Sequence record: DRR723986_5794
Reading direction: 5' to 3' (one strand)
Length of the DNA: 64,000 nt
In this document: positions 47,884 to 58,068 of the stretch, piece by piece
How the letters are laid out: every line of letters begins with the position of its first letter
Numbering within the stretch: position 1 is the stretch's first letter
The notes under the pieces: generated by a model
What the model saw: only the letters and a program-made list of their open reading frames with translations
Database searches by the model: none
What the model was told of the DNA's origin: nothing
Program-made: the position numbers and the translations under genes

Positions 47884-48340
47884 AAAACTCATACTTTCAC
47901 TACTTACCATCTTGATAATAGGACTTGGCTTTATACGCGGATACCTTTTTGGCAATATAAATTGGATTTACAAAACGCTAACCGAAAACAGGAAGAATCA
48001 AGCCAGACATGAATTCCATTCGCTATTGGAATGGAGCCCAAATTCAATCCTATTACTTAAATGGACCTTAACCTTTTTATTCTTCGGTTTGTTCTGGCTT
48101 TTAACAAACAGAATTATTCATTTCGCTTTTAAAAATAAAAACTACGACAGGATAGTTAGCCTAATGTACCTTGGCATGCTCGGAGTGTCAGGGATATTGT
48201 ATCTTTCAGGTTTAGTATCGGGCTATTCACTAGAATTCTATTTTTTAGTTCGAACGGTAATGGGAATGGCACAATCATTTATGCCGTTAATGATTCTGTT
48301 TATTATCATTAAATTTTTACCACAATCGTCATCCAAATAA
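47876..48340 (+). CDS. Exosortase-associated membrane protein
   Basis: About four TM helices; start overlaps the exosortase stop by 8 bp; RGYLFGNIN and LKW motifs. Confidence 0.7.
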   Translation: MNKKLILSLLTILIIGLGFIRGYLFGNINWIYKTLTENRKNQARHEFHSLLEWSPNSILLLKWTLTFLFFGLFWLLTNRIIHFAFKNKNYDRIVSLMYLGMLGVSGILYLSGLVSGYSLEFYFLVRTVMGMAQSFMPLMILFIIIKFLPQSSSK

Positions 48341-48350
48341 ATGCCTTTTG

Positions 48351-48358
48351 TACCTTTG
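48351..48358 (+). promoter_or_regulatory. -7 promoter element TACCTTTG upstream of glyA
   Basis: Exact TAnnTTTG match 15 bp before the ATG; suggests glyA has its own promoter. Confidence 0.55.
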
Positions 48359-48373
48359 GCAAAAAAATAGCTC

Positions 48374-49648
48374 ATGGGAACAGATTCTGTAATTTTCGAT
48401 TTAATCCAGCAAGAAAAACAACGACAACTTAATGGCCTAGAATTAATTGCATCTGAAAATTTTGTAAGTCAAAATGTTTTAGACGCCATGGGATCAATAC
48501 TCACCAACAAATATGCTGAAGGACTTCCTCATAAAAGATATTATGGTGGATGCGAAATTGTCGATCAAATTGAAGATTTAGCCATTAACAGAGTTAAAGA
48601 ATTATTTGGAGCAACTTGGGCAAATGTTCAGCCTCACGCCGGATCTCAAGCTAACGCAGCTGTCATGTTAGCCTGTTTAAAACCAGGTGATAAAATATTA
48701 GGGTTTGACCTGTCTCACGGCGGACACTTAACTCATGGATCTCCAGTAAACTTTTCAGGTAAACTATATGAGAATTATTTTTATGGTGTGAACCCAGAAA
48801 CTGGACAAGTTGATTATGATCAGATGGCTGCTGTTGCACTAAAAGAAAAGCCCCAGCTAATTATTGTTGGGGCATCCGCATACTCGAGAGATTGGGATTA
48901 CGTTAGAGCAAGGCAAATAGCAGACGAGTGCGGAGCAATCATATTAGCTGACATTTCACATCCTGCTGGACTAATTGCTACAGGGTTACTAAATGACCCT
49001 CTGGATTATTGCCATATCGTTACAACGACAACTCACAAAACATTGAGAGGGCCAAGAGGTGGAGTTATCATGATGAGAAATGATTTTGAAAATCCATTTG
49101 GAATTAAGTTGAAAAACGGAAATCTTCGTATGATGAGCTCTTTACTAGACTCTGCAGTTTTCCCTGGCTCGCAAGGAGGACCGCTCGAACATGTAATTGC
49201 AGGTAAGGCGGTTGCATTTGGAGAAGCACTAAATCCTTCTTTTAAAGAATACGGAAAGTTGGTGATTCAGAATGCCCAAATTATGGCCCAAGAATTTGTG
49301 AGTAAAGGATACAAAATTATTTCGGGAGGCACTGACAATCATTCAATGTTAATTGATTTAAGGTCTAAAAACATCACCGGTAAAGATGCCGAAAACGCCC
49401 TTACAGAGGCAGATATTACGGTAAATAAGAATATGGTTCCATTTGATGATAAATCACCATTTGTTACTTCGGGAATAAGAATTGGAACAGCAGCACTGAC
49501 TACAAGAGGTGTGAAAACTAATGAAATTCCTCAGATCACTGACTTAATCGACCAAGTTATAACTAAAGCTGGAAATCCAGATCATTTAGAAAAAGTTAAG
49601 AATGAGGTAATTAACTTAATGAAAGATAAACCACTATTTGCTTGGTAA
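48374..49648 (+). CDS. glyA: Serine hydroxymethyltransferase
   Basis: LIASEN, NKYAEG, GGHLTHG and [14 protein letters not shown] motifs. Confidence 0.98.
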   Translation: MGTDSVIFDLIQQEKQRQLNGLELIASENFVSQNVLDAMGSILTNKYAEGLPHKRYYGGCEIVDQIEDLAINRVKELFGATWANVQPHAGSQANAAVMLACLKPGDKILGFDLSHGGHLTHGSPVNFSGKLYENYFYGVNPETGQVDYDQMAAVALKEKPQLIIVGASAYSRDWDYVRARQIADECGAIILADISHPAGLIATGLLNDPLDYCHIVTTTTHKTLRGPRGGVIMMRNDFENPFGIKLKNGNLRMMSSLLDSAVFPGSQGGPLEHVIAGKAVAFGEALNPSFKEYGKLVIQNAQIMAQEFVSKGYKIISGGTDNHSMLIDLRSKNITGKDAENALTEADITVNKNMVPFDDKSPFVTSGIRIGTAALTTRGVKTNEIPQITDLIDQVITKAGNPDHLEKVKNEVINLMKDKPLFAW

Positions 49649-49649
49649 T

Positions 49650-50867
49650 TTACAATGCCGCTAATAGCAATTCAATATTTTTAAAGGGAAGATCAAATAC
49701 TTTTCCAAGTATTTCAGAAGTCAATTTACCCTGATAAACATATACGCCACTTCTGAACCCTGGGTCTTTTTTGATCATGTCTTTGCATCCTCCCATATCT
49801 CCAATGTCTAGGACAAGTGGTGAAAATATATTACTCAATGCAATAGAAGCTGTTCTAGACACCCTTGACGCCACATTTGGTACGCAATAATGAATTACAT
49901 CATGCTTGACAAAGGTCGGATTGGTATGATTAGTTAAGCGAGAAGTTTCAAAACATCCCCCCTGATCTATACTGACATCAACAACAACAGAGCCCGGCTT
50001 CATTCCTTTAATCATCTCTTCGGTTACAATACAAGGCGTTCTTCCCAAACCTGCTCTCACCGCACCAATGACAACATCCGCTCTCATTATTGCCTTCTCA
50101 AGCATTTTGGGCTGAATAACAGAAGTATACACTCTTGTCCCAATGTCATTATGCAATCTTCTTAATTTGGAAATGGAGTTATCGAAAACTTTCACTGATG
50201 CTCCTAAACCTAAAGCAGCTCTACATGCATACTCACCTACTGTTCCTGCTCCCAAGATCACAACTTCTGTTGGCCTCACTCCTGCAACACCGCCCATCAT
50301 GATTCCTTTTCCAGTATTGTAATTGGATAAAAGCTCGGATGCAATCAGAATTGAGGTGTTTCCAGCAATTTCACCCATAGCCCTTACTACAGTGAAAATA
50401 TTATGTTCGTCTTGGATATAATCCCAAGCGATTGCTGTTATCTTCTTATTCATCAACATCACCAAAGTCTTTTTGGGATGCAAGGTCAATTGAAGCGCAG
50501 ACATCAAAGTTTGATTACCTGGCATCAACTCAATTTCTTCTTCAGTTGGAGGTGCAACTTTGATAATTATGTTGGATTTAAAAACCTCAGCGGTATCAGA
50601 AGTAATTTCTGCACCAGCTTCAGAATAATCAACATCCTCATATCTCGAAGCTTTTCCAGCTTCAGATTCGACAACTACCCTATGTCCATTACTTACTAAT
50701 AGTTGAACCGCCTCTGGATTCAAGGCAACACGATTCTCTTGAAAAGTAGTTTCTTTCGGGATACCAATCATTAGCTTCCCTTTCTTCTTGCCAATGGCCA
50801 ACATTTCTTCTTGTGGCAATAAGCTACCCTGCGTCATTAATGATTTGAGCGTTTCTGGATCTGTCAT
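49650..50867 (-). CDS. ald: Alanine dehydrogenase family protein
   Basis: IGIPKE..QENRVAL, ILGAGTVG, DVSIDQGGCFETS and HYCVPN motifs. Confidence 0.9.
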   Translation of the reverse strand: MTDPETLKSLMTQGSLLPQEEMLAIGKKKGKLMIGIPKETTFQENRVALNPEAVQLLVSNGHRVVVESEAGKASRYEDVDYSEAGAEITSDTAEVFKSNIIIKVAPPTEEEIELMPGNQTLMSALQLTLHPKKTLVMLMNKKITAIAWDYIQDEHNIFTVVRAMGEIAGNTSILIASELLSNYNTGKGIMMGGVAGVRPTEVVILGAGTVGEYACRAALGLGASVKVFDNSISKLRRLHNDIGTRVYTSVIQPKMLEKAIMRADVVIGAVRAGLGRTPCIVTEEMIKGMKPGSVVVDVSIDQGGCFETSRLTNHTNPTFVKHDVIHYCVPNVASRVSRTASIALSNIFSPLVLDIGDMGGCKDMIKKDPGFRSGVYVYQGKLTSEILGKVFDLPFKNIELLLAAL

Positions 50868-51286
50868 AGTTCTGATACTTCAAATTGTCTGGTCGTTCCT
50901 TGTATTTTGATGTCTATCCTTACGAAATTTTCAGGCAAAAGGTTCGCAATACGTTCTGGCCATTCAATGAAAATATAAGCATCCTCTTCAAAAATTTCCT
51001 CCACTCCAATATCCAACGCTTCTGTTTCATCTTCAATCCGATAAAAATCAAAATGGTATATCGAACCATAATTTACGGAAAAATATTCGTTTACAATAGA
51101 AAACGTAGGGGATGATGTATGATCATCAACATCATACAATTCCAGCAATTTATTGATCAAGGTTGTTTTACCTGCCCCCATTTCACCATTAAAAATGACG
51201 AATTTACAACCAGTATTGGAGAGGTGCTCCTTAATTGTTGAAGCAACGAGGGTTAAATCTTCAATTTTTGCAGCTGTTAGTTTCAT
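50864..51286 (-). CDS. tsaE: tRNA threonylcarbamoyladenosine biosynthesis ATPase
   Basis: GEMGAGKTT, SSPTFSIVNEY, HFDFYR and IEWPE motifs. Confidence 0.96.
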   Translation of the reverse strand: MKLTAAKIEDLTLVASTIKEHLSNTGCKFVIFNGEMGAGKTTLINKLLELYDVDDHTSSPTFSIVNEYFSVNYGSIYHFDFYRIEDETEALDIGVEEIFEEDAYIFIEWPERIANLLPENFVRIDIKIQGTTRQFEVSEL

Positions 51287-51287
51287 T

Positions 51288-52829
51288 TTATTTAGGACTC
51301 AATTCTACCCAAGGAATGATCACCTCCTCCAATGAAACTCCGCCATGTTGAAAGGTGTCATTATAATATTTTACGTAGTGATTGTAATTATTTGGATAAG
51401 CAAAGAAGTCGTTTTCTTTTGCAAAGATGAATTGAGAACTCACATTCTCCTTTGGCAATTGTACGTCTTCCGGATTACTGGATACAATCACCTCTTTTTC
51501 ATTGTAATTTAAATTACGCCCCACCTTGTACCTCAAATTCGTATTGGTACTCTTATCTCCAACGACTTTTACAGGATTATCTACACGAATAGTTCCATGG
51601 TCAGTGGTAAGCACCACTTTTATTCCTTGCTCAGCAACTTTTTGCAACATTTCTTTTAATGGAGAATGATTGAACCACGAAACCGTTAAAGAACGGTAAG
51701 CAGCTTCATCATCAGCCAACTCTTTGATCACTTCCATTTCAGTTCTGGCATGTGATAACATGTCAACAAAATTATACACTATGACATTTAAGTCATTCTG
51801 CATCAACTCATTGAATCGATCCACCATTTTTTTGGCGTAATCCAATTTCACAACTTTGTTGTAAGACATTTTTACATTCTTTCTATGTCGATCTAAATTG
51901 GCTTGCATCAATTCTTTCTCGTGCATATTTTTTCCGCCTTCATCATTTTCATTCAACCATAAATTGGGATGATCTTTTTCAATTTGAAGTGGCATTAACC
52001 CAGCAAATAAAGCATTTCTAGCATAATGAGTTGCTGTAGGTAAAATAGAATAAAAAGTCTCTTCTTTATCGACATTATACATTTCTGAAATGGCCGGTTT
52101 TAATACTTTCCATTGATCGTATCGCAAATTATCTATTACGATTAAAAACAATTTTTCATTCCCTACTCTATCCATCAATTTTTCTGACAATACCTTATGA
52201 GACATGATAGGCCCATCCGATTCATTTAACCAGTCTTGATAATTTTTATCGACATACTTACAAAACTGTGTATTGGCTTCCTTTTTTTGCATGGCGAGTA
52301 TCTCTTTCATCCCATCATCATTGGAATTTTCAAGTTTCAACTCCCATTTCACCAATTTATCATAGATATCAGCCCACTCATCAGCATCAAGTCGATCGTT
52401 TAAGCGCATTCCAATTTCTCTAAATTCAATTTGATAATCAGATGTCGTTTTTTGACTGACCAGATTTTTGGAATCAAGATTCTTTTTTAAGGCTAGCAGA
52501 ATTTGGTTTGGATTGACTGGTTTTATCAGATAATCTGATATTTGCCCTCCTATGGCCTCTTCCATAATATGCTCTTCTTCACTCTTTGTGATCATGATGA
52601 TGGGTACATTTTGATTGCGTTCTTTGATTTTAGCCAAAGTCTCCAACCCAGTTAGCCCAGGCATGTTTTCATCTAAAAAGATGATATCATAATGTGACTC
52701 CTCAACAATTTCTACGGCATCTGAGCCATTATTCACGGTGTCGATCTCAAAGCCTTTATCCTCTAAGAATAGGATGTGGGGTTTCAAAAGATCTATTTCA
52801 TCATCAGCCCAAAGTATTCTGCCTTCCAT
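51288..52829 (-). CDS. porX: Response regulator with PglZ/alkaline-phosphatase domain (T9SS regulator PorX)
   Basis: Receiver ILWADDE..LDENMPG..TKSEEE; PglZ IDNLRYDQW, LPTAT, TTDHG and FQHGG; porX-tsaE synteny. Confidence 0.92.
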   Translation of the reverse strand: MEGRILWADDEIDLLKPHILFLEDKGFEIDTVNNGSDAVEIVEESHYDIIFLDENMPGLTGLETLAKIKERNQNVPIIMITKSEEEHIMEEAIGGQISDYLIKPVNPNQILLALKKNLDSKNLVSQKTTSDYQIEFREIGMRLNDRLDADEWADIYDKLVKWELKLENSNDDGMKEILAMQKKEANTQFCKYVDKNYQDWLNESDGPIMSHKVLSEKLMDRVGNEKLFLIVIDNLRYDQWKVLKPAISEMYNVDKEETFYSILPTATHYARNALFAGLMPLQIEKDHPNLWLNENDEGGKNMHEKELMQANLDRHRKNVKMSYNKVVKLDYAKKMVDRFNELMQNDLNVIVYNFVDMLSHARTEMEVIKELADDEAAYRSLTVSWFNHSPLKEMLQKVAEQGIKVVLTTDHGTIRVDNPVKVVGDKSTNTNLRYKVGRNLNYNEKEVIVSSNPEDVQLPKENVSSQFIFAKENDFFAYPNNYNHYVKYYNDTFQHGGVSLEEVIIPWVELSPK

Positions 52830-52864
52830 ATATATTACTTAATTTAGCGTGTTAATTTAATCAA

Positions 52865-54115
52865 TTGAGTTTGCAAAGTAGCACTTCTAACAAAAGAAAA
52901 ATAATCAACGACCCGGTACACGGTTTTATTACAATTCCGGATGATTTGATTTACGATTTAATTCAACACCCTTATTTTCAAAGACTAAGAAGGATAAAAC
53001 AATTGGGATTATCTCATCTTGTATACCCTGGTGCTAATCACACAAGATTTCATCATGCTTTAGGAGCTATGCATTTGATGACCAAGGCCTTAAGTGTGCT
53101 CAGCAAAAAAGGTGTGGCGATTACGGATGAAGAAAAGCAGGCTGCAACGATAGCAATATTGTTACACGATATCGGTCATGGACCATTTTCACATACGCTT
53201 GAGCACAGCTTATTAAAATCCGTTGATCACGAAGAAATGTCAATTCTCTTTATGCAGCGGCTGAATGAACAATACGAAGGTAAATTAAAAATGGCCATTG
53301 ACATTTTTACGAATCAGTACACTAAGGTATTTCTTCATGATTTGGTTTCCTCTCAATTAGATATGGATAGACTTGATTATCTTCAAAGAGACAGTTTTTT
53401 CACCGGTGTATCGGAAGGTGTTGTAGGAAGCGACAGAATAATTGCTATGCTGAATGTTGTTGATGGAAAACTAGTAATAGAGGAAAAAGGTATCTATTCA
53501 ATAGAAAACTTTATCTCTGCCAGAAGAATAATGTATTGGCAGGTTTACATGCATAAAACGGTAGTTTCATCTGAATACATGCTGATTAAAATTTTAACCC
53601 GTGCTAAAGAGCTATTTAAACAGGGCACAGAACTTTTTGCTAGCCCGTTTTTAAAAACCTTCCTCGAGAAAAATGTCCAATTTGAAGATTTTAGAAATGA
53701 TGAGAACCTACTTGCTCAATTCGCGCTGATAGATGATAATGACTTGATTTCAGCAATCAAAACCTGGCAATTAAGTGAAGACAAAGTTTTATCAACACTG
53801 TGTAAGGCAATTGTTTCAAGAAAATTATTCAAAACTGAAATTTCAAAAAGTGCATTTTCAGAAAAGCAAATTAATGACAAAGTCAAAAATATAGTTGATA
53901 ACGGAAATTTATCTGAAGCTGAGGCAGCCTATTTTTATCAAACTGAAAAACTTGTTAATAGCGCCTATGATGAGAATTTCAAGCAAATATTAATTCTCAG
54001 CCGAGATGGGAAAATTTCGGATTTAGCGAAAGCATCTGATAATTTAAACATCTCAGCATTATCAACACCTGTAGAGAAGTTTTGTTTCTGTTACATGCGG
54101 TTCGACAAAAATTGA
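52865..54115 (+). CDS. HD-domain phosphohydrolase (dNTP triphosphohydrolase-like)
   Basis: DPVHG, QRLRRIKQLG, HTRFHH, LLHDIGHGPFSH and DRLDYLQRD motifs. Confidence 0.92.
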   Translation: MSLQSSTSNKRKIINDPVHGFITIPDDLIYDLIQHPYFQRLRRIKQLGLSHLVYPGANHTRFHHALGAMHLMTKALSVLSKKGVAITDEEKQAATIAILLHDIGHGPFSHTLEHSLLKSVDHEEMSILFMQRLNEQYEGKLKMAIDIFTNQYTKVFLHDLVSSQLDMDRLDYLQRDSFFTGVSEGVVGSDRIIAMLNVVDGKLVIEEKGIYSIENFISARRIMYWQVYMHKTVVSSEYMLIKILTRAKELFKQGTELFASPFLKTFLEKNVQFEDFRNDENLLAQFALIDDNDLISAIKTWQLSEDKVLSTLCKAIVSRKLFKTEISKSAFSEKQINDKVKNIVDNGNLSEAEAAYFYQTEKLVNSAYDENFKQILILSRDGKISDLAKASDNLNISALSTPVEKFCFCYMRFDKN

Positions 54116-54194
54116 TCCTTAAATATCCCGTTTATTCTCAAACGCTTTGTTGAAAACTTCGTTATTCAGTGTAATCGCTCGCACATTTAATTAG

Positions 54195-54202
54195 TATTTT
54201 TG
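54195..54202 (+). promoter_or_regulatory. -7 promoter element TATTTTTG immediately before lpxD
   Basis: Exact TAnnTTTG match ending 5 bp before the ATG. Confidence 0.45.
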
Positions 54203-54207
54203 ACACA

Positions 54208-55254
54208 ATGAAATTTTCGGCTCAACAAATCGCTGACTTATTACAAGGCAAAATTCAGGGAAATCCTGAAGTTATGGTATCTGGACTCTCTAAAATTGAA
54301 GAAGGTAAATCAGGCACCTTATCTTTTTTAGCGAACCCTAAATACGAAGAGTTTTTGTATCAAACAGAGGCGAGTATTGTGATTGTCAATATAGATTTTG
54401 AAGCGAGCCAAGCAATCCCAAGTGAAACCACTTTAATAAAAGTACCGGAAGCATATGGCGCATTTGCTAAACTACTTGATATGTATGATCAAGCAGTTGC
54501 TAAGCAACCGAAAATTGAAACACCATCTTACATCTCTGACAGTGCTAATTATGGAGACAATTGTTATATCGGTGCCTTCGCATATATTGGAGAAAATGTG
54601 ACGATTGGAAACAATGTACACATTTATCCTAATTCACACATTGGTGATAATTGTACGATTGATGACGGTACCGTAATATACAGTGGAGTTCATGTTTACC
54701 GAGATAGTAAAATTGGTAAAAAATGTACGATTCATTCGGGAGCAATTATTGGTGCTGACGGCTTTGGTTTTGCACCCAATTCAGAAAACAATTATCAAAA
54801 AGTCCCTCAAATTGGAAATGTGATTCTAAAAGATCATGTGAGTATTGGTGCCAACACAACTGTTGATAGAGCAACATTGGGCTCAACAATAATCGAAAAG
54901 GGTGTTAAACTTGACAATTTGATTCAAATTGGACACAATGTGGTGGTAGGTGAAAACACAGTTATGGCTGCACAAGTAGGCGTTGCGGGATCATCTAAAC
55001 TTGGAAAAAATATGATGATTGGTGGTCAAGCCGGAATAATTGGACATCTAACAATTGCAGATGGCGTGATGATAGGCGGACAATCAGGTGTAGGGAAATC
55101 TGTTAGAAAAGAAGGTGAAATCCTGTTAGGATCGCCCGCTTTCGAATCTGAAGATTACAAAAAGGCATACATGGGATTCAGAAGACTCCCTTTTATTTTA
55201 AATAAGTTGAGAGAACTAGAAGCGGAATTAGCTCAACTGAAAGAAAACAAATAA
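54208..55254 (+). CDS. lpxD: UDP-3-O-acylglucosamine N-acyltransferase
   Basis: SFLANPKY, hexapeptide repeats, GADGFGF and [12 protein letters not shown]. Confidence 0.97.
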   Translation: MKFSAQQIADLLQGKIQGNPEVMVSGLSKIEEGKSGTLSFLANPKYEEFLYQTEASIVIVNIDFEASQAIPSETTLIKVPEAYGAFAKLLDMYDQAVAKQPKIETPSYISDSANYGDNCYIGAFAYIGENVTIGNNVHIYPNSHIGDNCTIDDGTVIYSGVHVYRDSKIGKKCTIHSGAIIGADGFGFAPNSENNYQKVPQIGNVILKDHVSIGANTTVDRATLGSTIIEKGVKLDNLIQIGHNVVVGENTVMAAQVGVAGSSKLGKNMMIGGQAGIIGHLTIADGVMIGGQSGVGKSVRKEGEILLGSPAFESEDYKKAYMGFRRLPFILNKLRELEAELAQLKENK

Positions 55255-55259
55255 TTTAA

Positions 55260-56663
55260 ATGGCTGATAAGCAAAAAACCCTAAAAGAAGCTATCAAACT
55301 CAGTGGAGTTGGACTTCACACTGGTGAAACAGTGAACTTAACAATAAATCCTGCACCTGCTAAGCACGGTTATAAATTTCAAAGAGTTGACATAGAAGGA
55401 GAGCCAATTATTAAGGCAGACCCGGACAATGTAGTTTCTACGGCTAGAGGAACAACCCTTGAGCAAAATGACGCGAAAGTTTACACCACCGAACACGTAT
55501 TAGCAGCTTTGTACGCATTACAGGTTGATAATGCACTTATTCAATTAGATGGACCAGAAGTTCCAATTATGGATGGAAGTTCAAAACTATTTGTTGATGC
55601 AATTAACAAAGTAGGAACGGTTGAACAAGATGAAGATCGAAACTATTTCGAACTAAGCGAGAATATTAAGTGGGAAGACACTGAAAGAGGAATTGAATTT
55701 TTAGCCATCCCTGATGTGAATTATAGAATCACCGTTATGGTTGATTACAACTCACCCGTGCTTGGTACCCAACATGCTAGCATGTTCAAAATTGAGGATT
55801 TTGAAGAGCAAATTGCCAGCTGTAGAACTTTTTGTTTCTTAAAAGAGCTAGAATATCTCGCTACAAACGGATTAATTAAAGGTGGTGATTTAGACAATGC
55901 CATTGTTTTGGTTGAGAGAAGCGATATTAAACAAGAAGAATTAAATCGACTAGCCAAGCTTTTAGGAAAAGAAGCACTTTCTGTTTCTTATGACGGTATT
56001 GGAACACTCAATCATACTGAACTTGTTTTTGAAAACGAGCCTGCAAGACATAAATTATTAGATATTGTTGGTGATTTAGCCTTAGTTGGTCGACCTATTA
56101 AAGCGCATATCTTAGCTGCAAGACCAGGACATGGAGGCAATGTTCAATTTGCTAAATTGTTAAAAGAACAAATAAAAAAACAAGAAGGCTCAGGTAAATT
56201 CTTTGATTTAGAGAAAGAGCCCTTATACGATATCAATGCAATAGAAAAAATGTTGCCTCACAGATATCCATTTTTATTGGTGGACAAAGTGATGGACATT
56301 ACCGAAGATACAATTATTGGGGTAAAAAATATTACCATGAATGAACCTCAATTTACAGGGCATTTTCCAGGGAACCCGATTTTCCCTGGAGTACTGCAAA
56401 TAGAGGCCATGGCACAATGCGGAGGCGTATTCGCTTTAAGCAAAGTTGAAGACGCTCATTTGTACTCGACATACTTTATGAAGATTGACAACGTTAAGTT
56501 TAAAACAATGGTGCGTCCAGGCGATACTGTTGTCTTTGAATTAAAATTATTATCTCCTATGAGGAGAGGCTTGGTAAATATGGGTGGAACAGCATATGTA
56601 AATGGAAAACCTGTAATGTCAGCTGATATGTTGGCACAAGTTGTAAAAGACAGAACTGAATGA
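55260..56663 (+). CDS. lpxC: Bifunctional LpxC/FabZ
   Basis: GVGLHTG, TTEHVLAA and RHKLLDIVGD (LpxC); LPHRYPFLLVD and GHFPGNPIFPGVLQIEAMAQ (FabZ). Confidence 0.97.
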   Translation: MADKQKTLKEAIKLSGVGLHTGETVNLTINPAPAKHGYKFQRVDIEGEPIIKADPDNVVSTARGTTLEQNDAKVYTTEHVLAALYALQVDNALIQLDGPEVPIMDGSSKLFVDAINKVGTVEQDEDRNYFELSENIKWEDTERGIEFLAIPDVNYRITVMVDYNSPVLGTQHASMFKIEDFEEQIASCRTFCFLKELEYLATNGLIKGGDLDNAIVLVERSDIKQEELNRLAKLLGKEALSVSYDGIGTLNHTELVFENEPARHKLLDIVGDLALVGRPIKAHILAARPGHGGNVQFAKLLKEQIKKQEGSGKFFDLEKEPLYDINAIEKMLPHRYPFLLVDKVMDITEDTIIGVKNITMNEPQFTGHFPGNPIFPGVLQIEAMAQCGGVFALSKVEDAHLYSTYFMKIDNVKFKTMVRPGDTVVFELKLLSPMRRGLVNMGGTAYVNGKPVMSADMLAQVVKDRTE

Positions 56664-57436
56664 TAAGTAAACTAGCTCAAATTGACTCCAATGCACAAAT
56701 TGGAGAAAACGTAACAATTGAATCTTTCACAACCATCTACGAAGATGTTGTCATTGGAGATGGAACCCATATTGGGCCAAACGTGACTATTTATCCAGGA
56801 GCAAGAATCGGGAAAAATTGTCAGATATTTCCAGGATCTGTCATCTCTGCGGTTCCGCAGGATTTGAAATTCCATGGGGAATACACAACGGCTGAAATTG
56901 GTGATAACACCATTATTAGGGAATGTGTAACTATACACAGAGGAACTGATGACATGAAAAAAACTACTGTGGGGAACAATTGTTTGCTAATGGGTTATGT
57001 TCATATTGCACACGATTGTCAGGTGGGAAATCATTGTATTCTAGCGAACTACACAGGACTATCAGGTCACAACATCCTGGAGGATTATGTGATTCTAGAA
57101 GGAAAAGTAGGTACTCAACAATTCATTCGAATTGGAGCTCATTCTTTTATTGCTGGAGGATCATTAATACGAAAAAATGTACCGCCTTACGTGAGAGCGG
57201 CAAGAGAACCTTTAACTTACGCAGGGGTAAATGCAATTGGACTTAGAAGAAGAGGTTTTTCGGATGAGGATGTTAAAATTGTGGAAGACGCCTATCGTCA
57301 ATTATTTGTATTGAATAATACTATTTCTGCAGGTGTCGCTGCCATTGAATCAGAAGTAGAAAACAGCCCAATTAAAGATAAAATATTAAATTTCATAAAA
57401 AATTCGGACCGTGGAATCCTTAAAGGTCCTATGTAA
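56660..57436 (+). CDS. lpxA: Acyl-ACP--UDP-N-acetylglucosamine O-acyltransferase
   Basis: PQDLKF, IRECVTIHRGT, HIAHDC and GLRRRGF motifs. Confidence 0.97.
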   Translation: MISKLAQIDSNAQIGENVTIESFTTIYEDVVIGDGTHIGPNVTIYPGARIGKNCQIFPGSVISAVPQDLKFHGEYTTAEIGDNTIIRECVTIHRGTDDMKKTTVGNNCLLMGYVHIAHDCQVGNHCILANYTGLSGHNILEDYVILEGKVGTQQFIRIGAHSFIAGGSLIRKNVPPYVRAAREPLTYAGVNAIGLRRRGFSDEDVKIVEDAYRQLFVLNNTISAGVAAIESEVENSPIKDKILNFIKNSDRGILKGPM

Positions 57437-57444
57437 ATAATATT

Positions 57445-58011
57445 ATGGCAAATACTTCAGATATCAAGAACGGCTTGTGCATGATGTTCAACGGGAAAAT
57501 TGTTTCAGTGGTTGAATTTCAGCATGTAAAACCAGGAAAAGGTCCTGCTTTTGTTAGAACAAAATTGAGATATATTGAGTCAGGAAAAATTGTAGACAAC
57601 ACCTTTTCTGCCGGACACAAAATAGAGGTGGTTCGTGTTGAAACTAGAGACTATCAATATCTTTACCAAGAAGGGAACGGTTATCATTTCATGAACACCG
57701 ATACCTACGAACAAGTTTTCATCAATGCGGATATGATTGAAAATCCAGAATTCTTGAAAGAAGAAAGTATTTGTAGCATTCAATTTCATGCTGAAGAAGA
57801 AATGCCATTGACTGTTGAACTTCCTGCATTTATTGAAGCTGAAGTAACTTATACAGAGCCAGGTGTAAAAGGTGATACAGCAACGAACACTTTAAAACCA
57901 GCAACAATCGATACAGGAGCAGAAATCAAAGTTCCATTGTTTATTGATACTGGGGATCGTATTAAAGTTGATACACGAAAAGGTGAATACTCGGAGCGTA
58001 TTAAATCGTAA
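57445..58011 (+). CDS. efp: Elongation factor P
   Basis: HVKPGKGPAFVR, PGVKGDTA and VPLFI motifs. Confidence 0.98.
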   Translation: MANTSDIKNGLCMMFNGKIVSVVEFQHVKPGKGPAFVRTKLRYIESGKIVDNTFSAGHKIEVVRVETRDYQYLYQEGNGYHFMNTDTYEQVFINADMIENPEFLKEESICSIQFHAEEEMPLTVELPAFIEAEVTYTEPGVKGDTATNTLKPATIDTGAEIKVPLFIDTGDRIKVDTRKGEYSERIKS

Positions 58012-58030
58012 TTATAAATTATTAAAACTG

Positions 58031-58066
58031 AACCCTGACCTTATCCTTTAAGTGTCAGGGTTTTTT
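58031..58066 (+). terminator. Rho-independent terminator after efp
   Basis: AACCCTGAC...GTCAGGGTT stem followed by Ts. Confidence 0.75.
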
Positions 58067-58068
58067 AT

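Noticed and set aside
51288-54115. PglZ domain next to an HD dNTPase-like gene suggesting a BREX or other anti-phage island
   Set aside because: This is the receiver-PglZ protein PorX in its usual housekeeping context (tsaE, HD, lpxD); no brx genes are present.
55260-56663. LpxC-FabZ fusion
   Set aside because: Standard in Bacteroidota, not novel.
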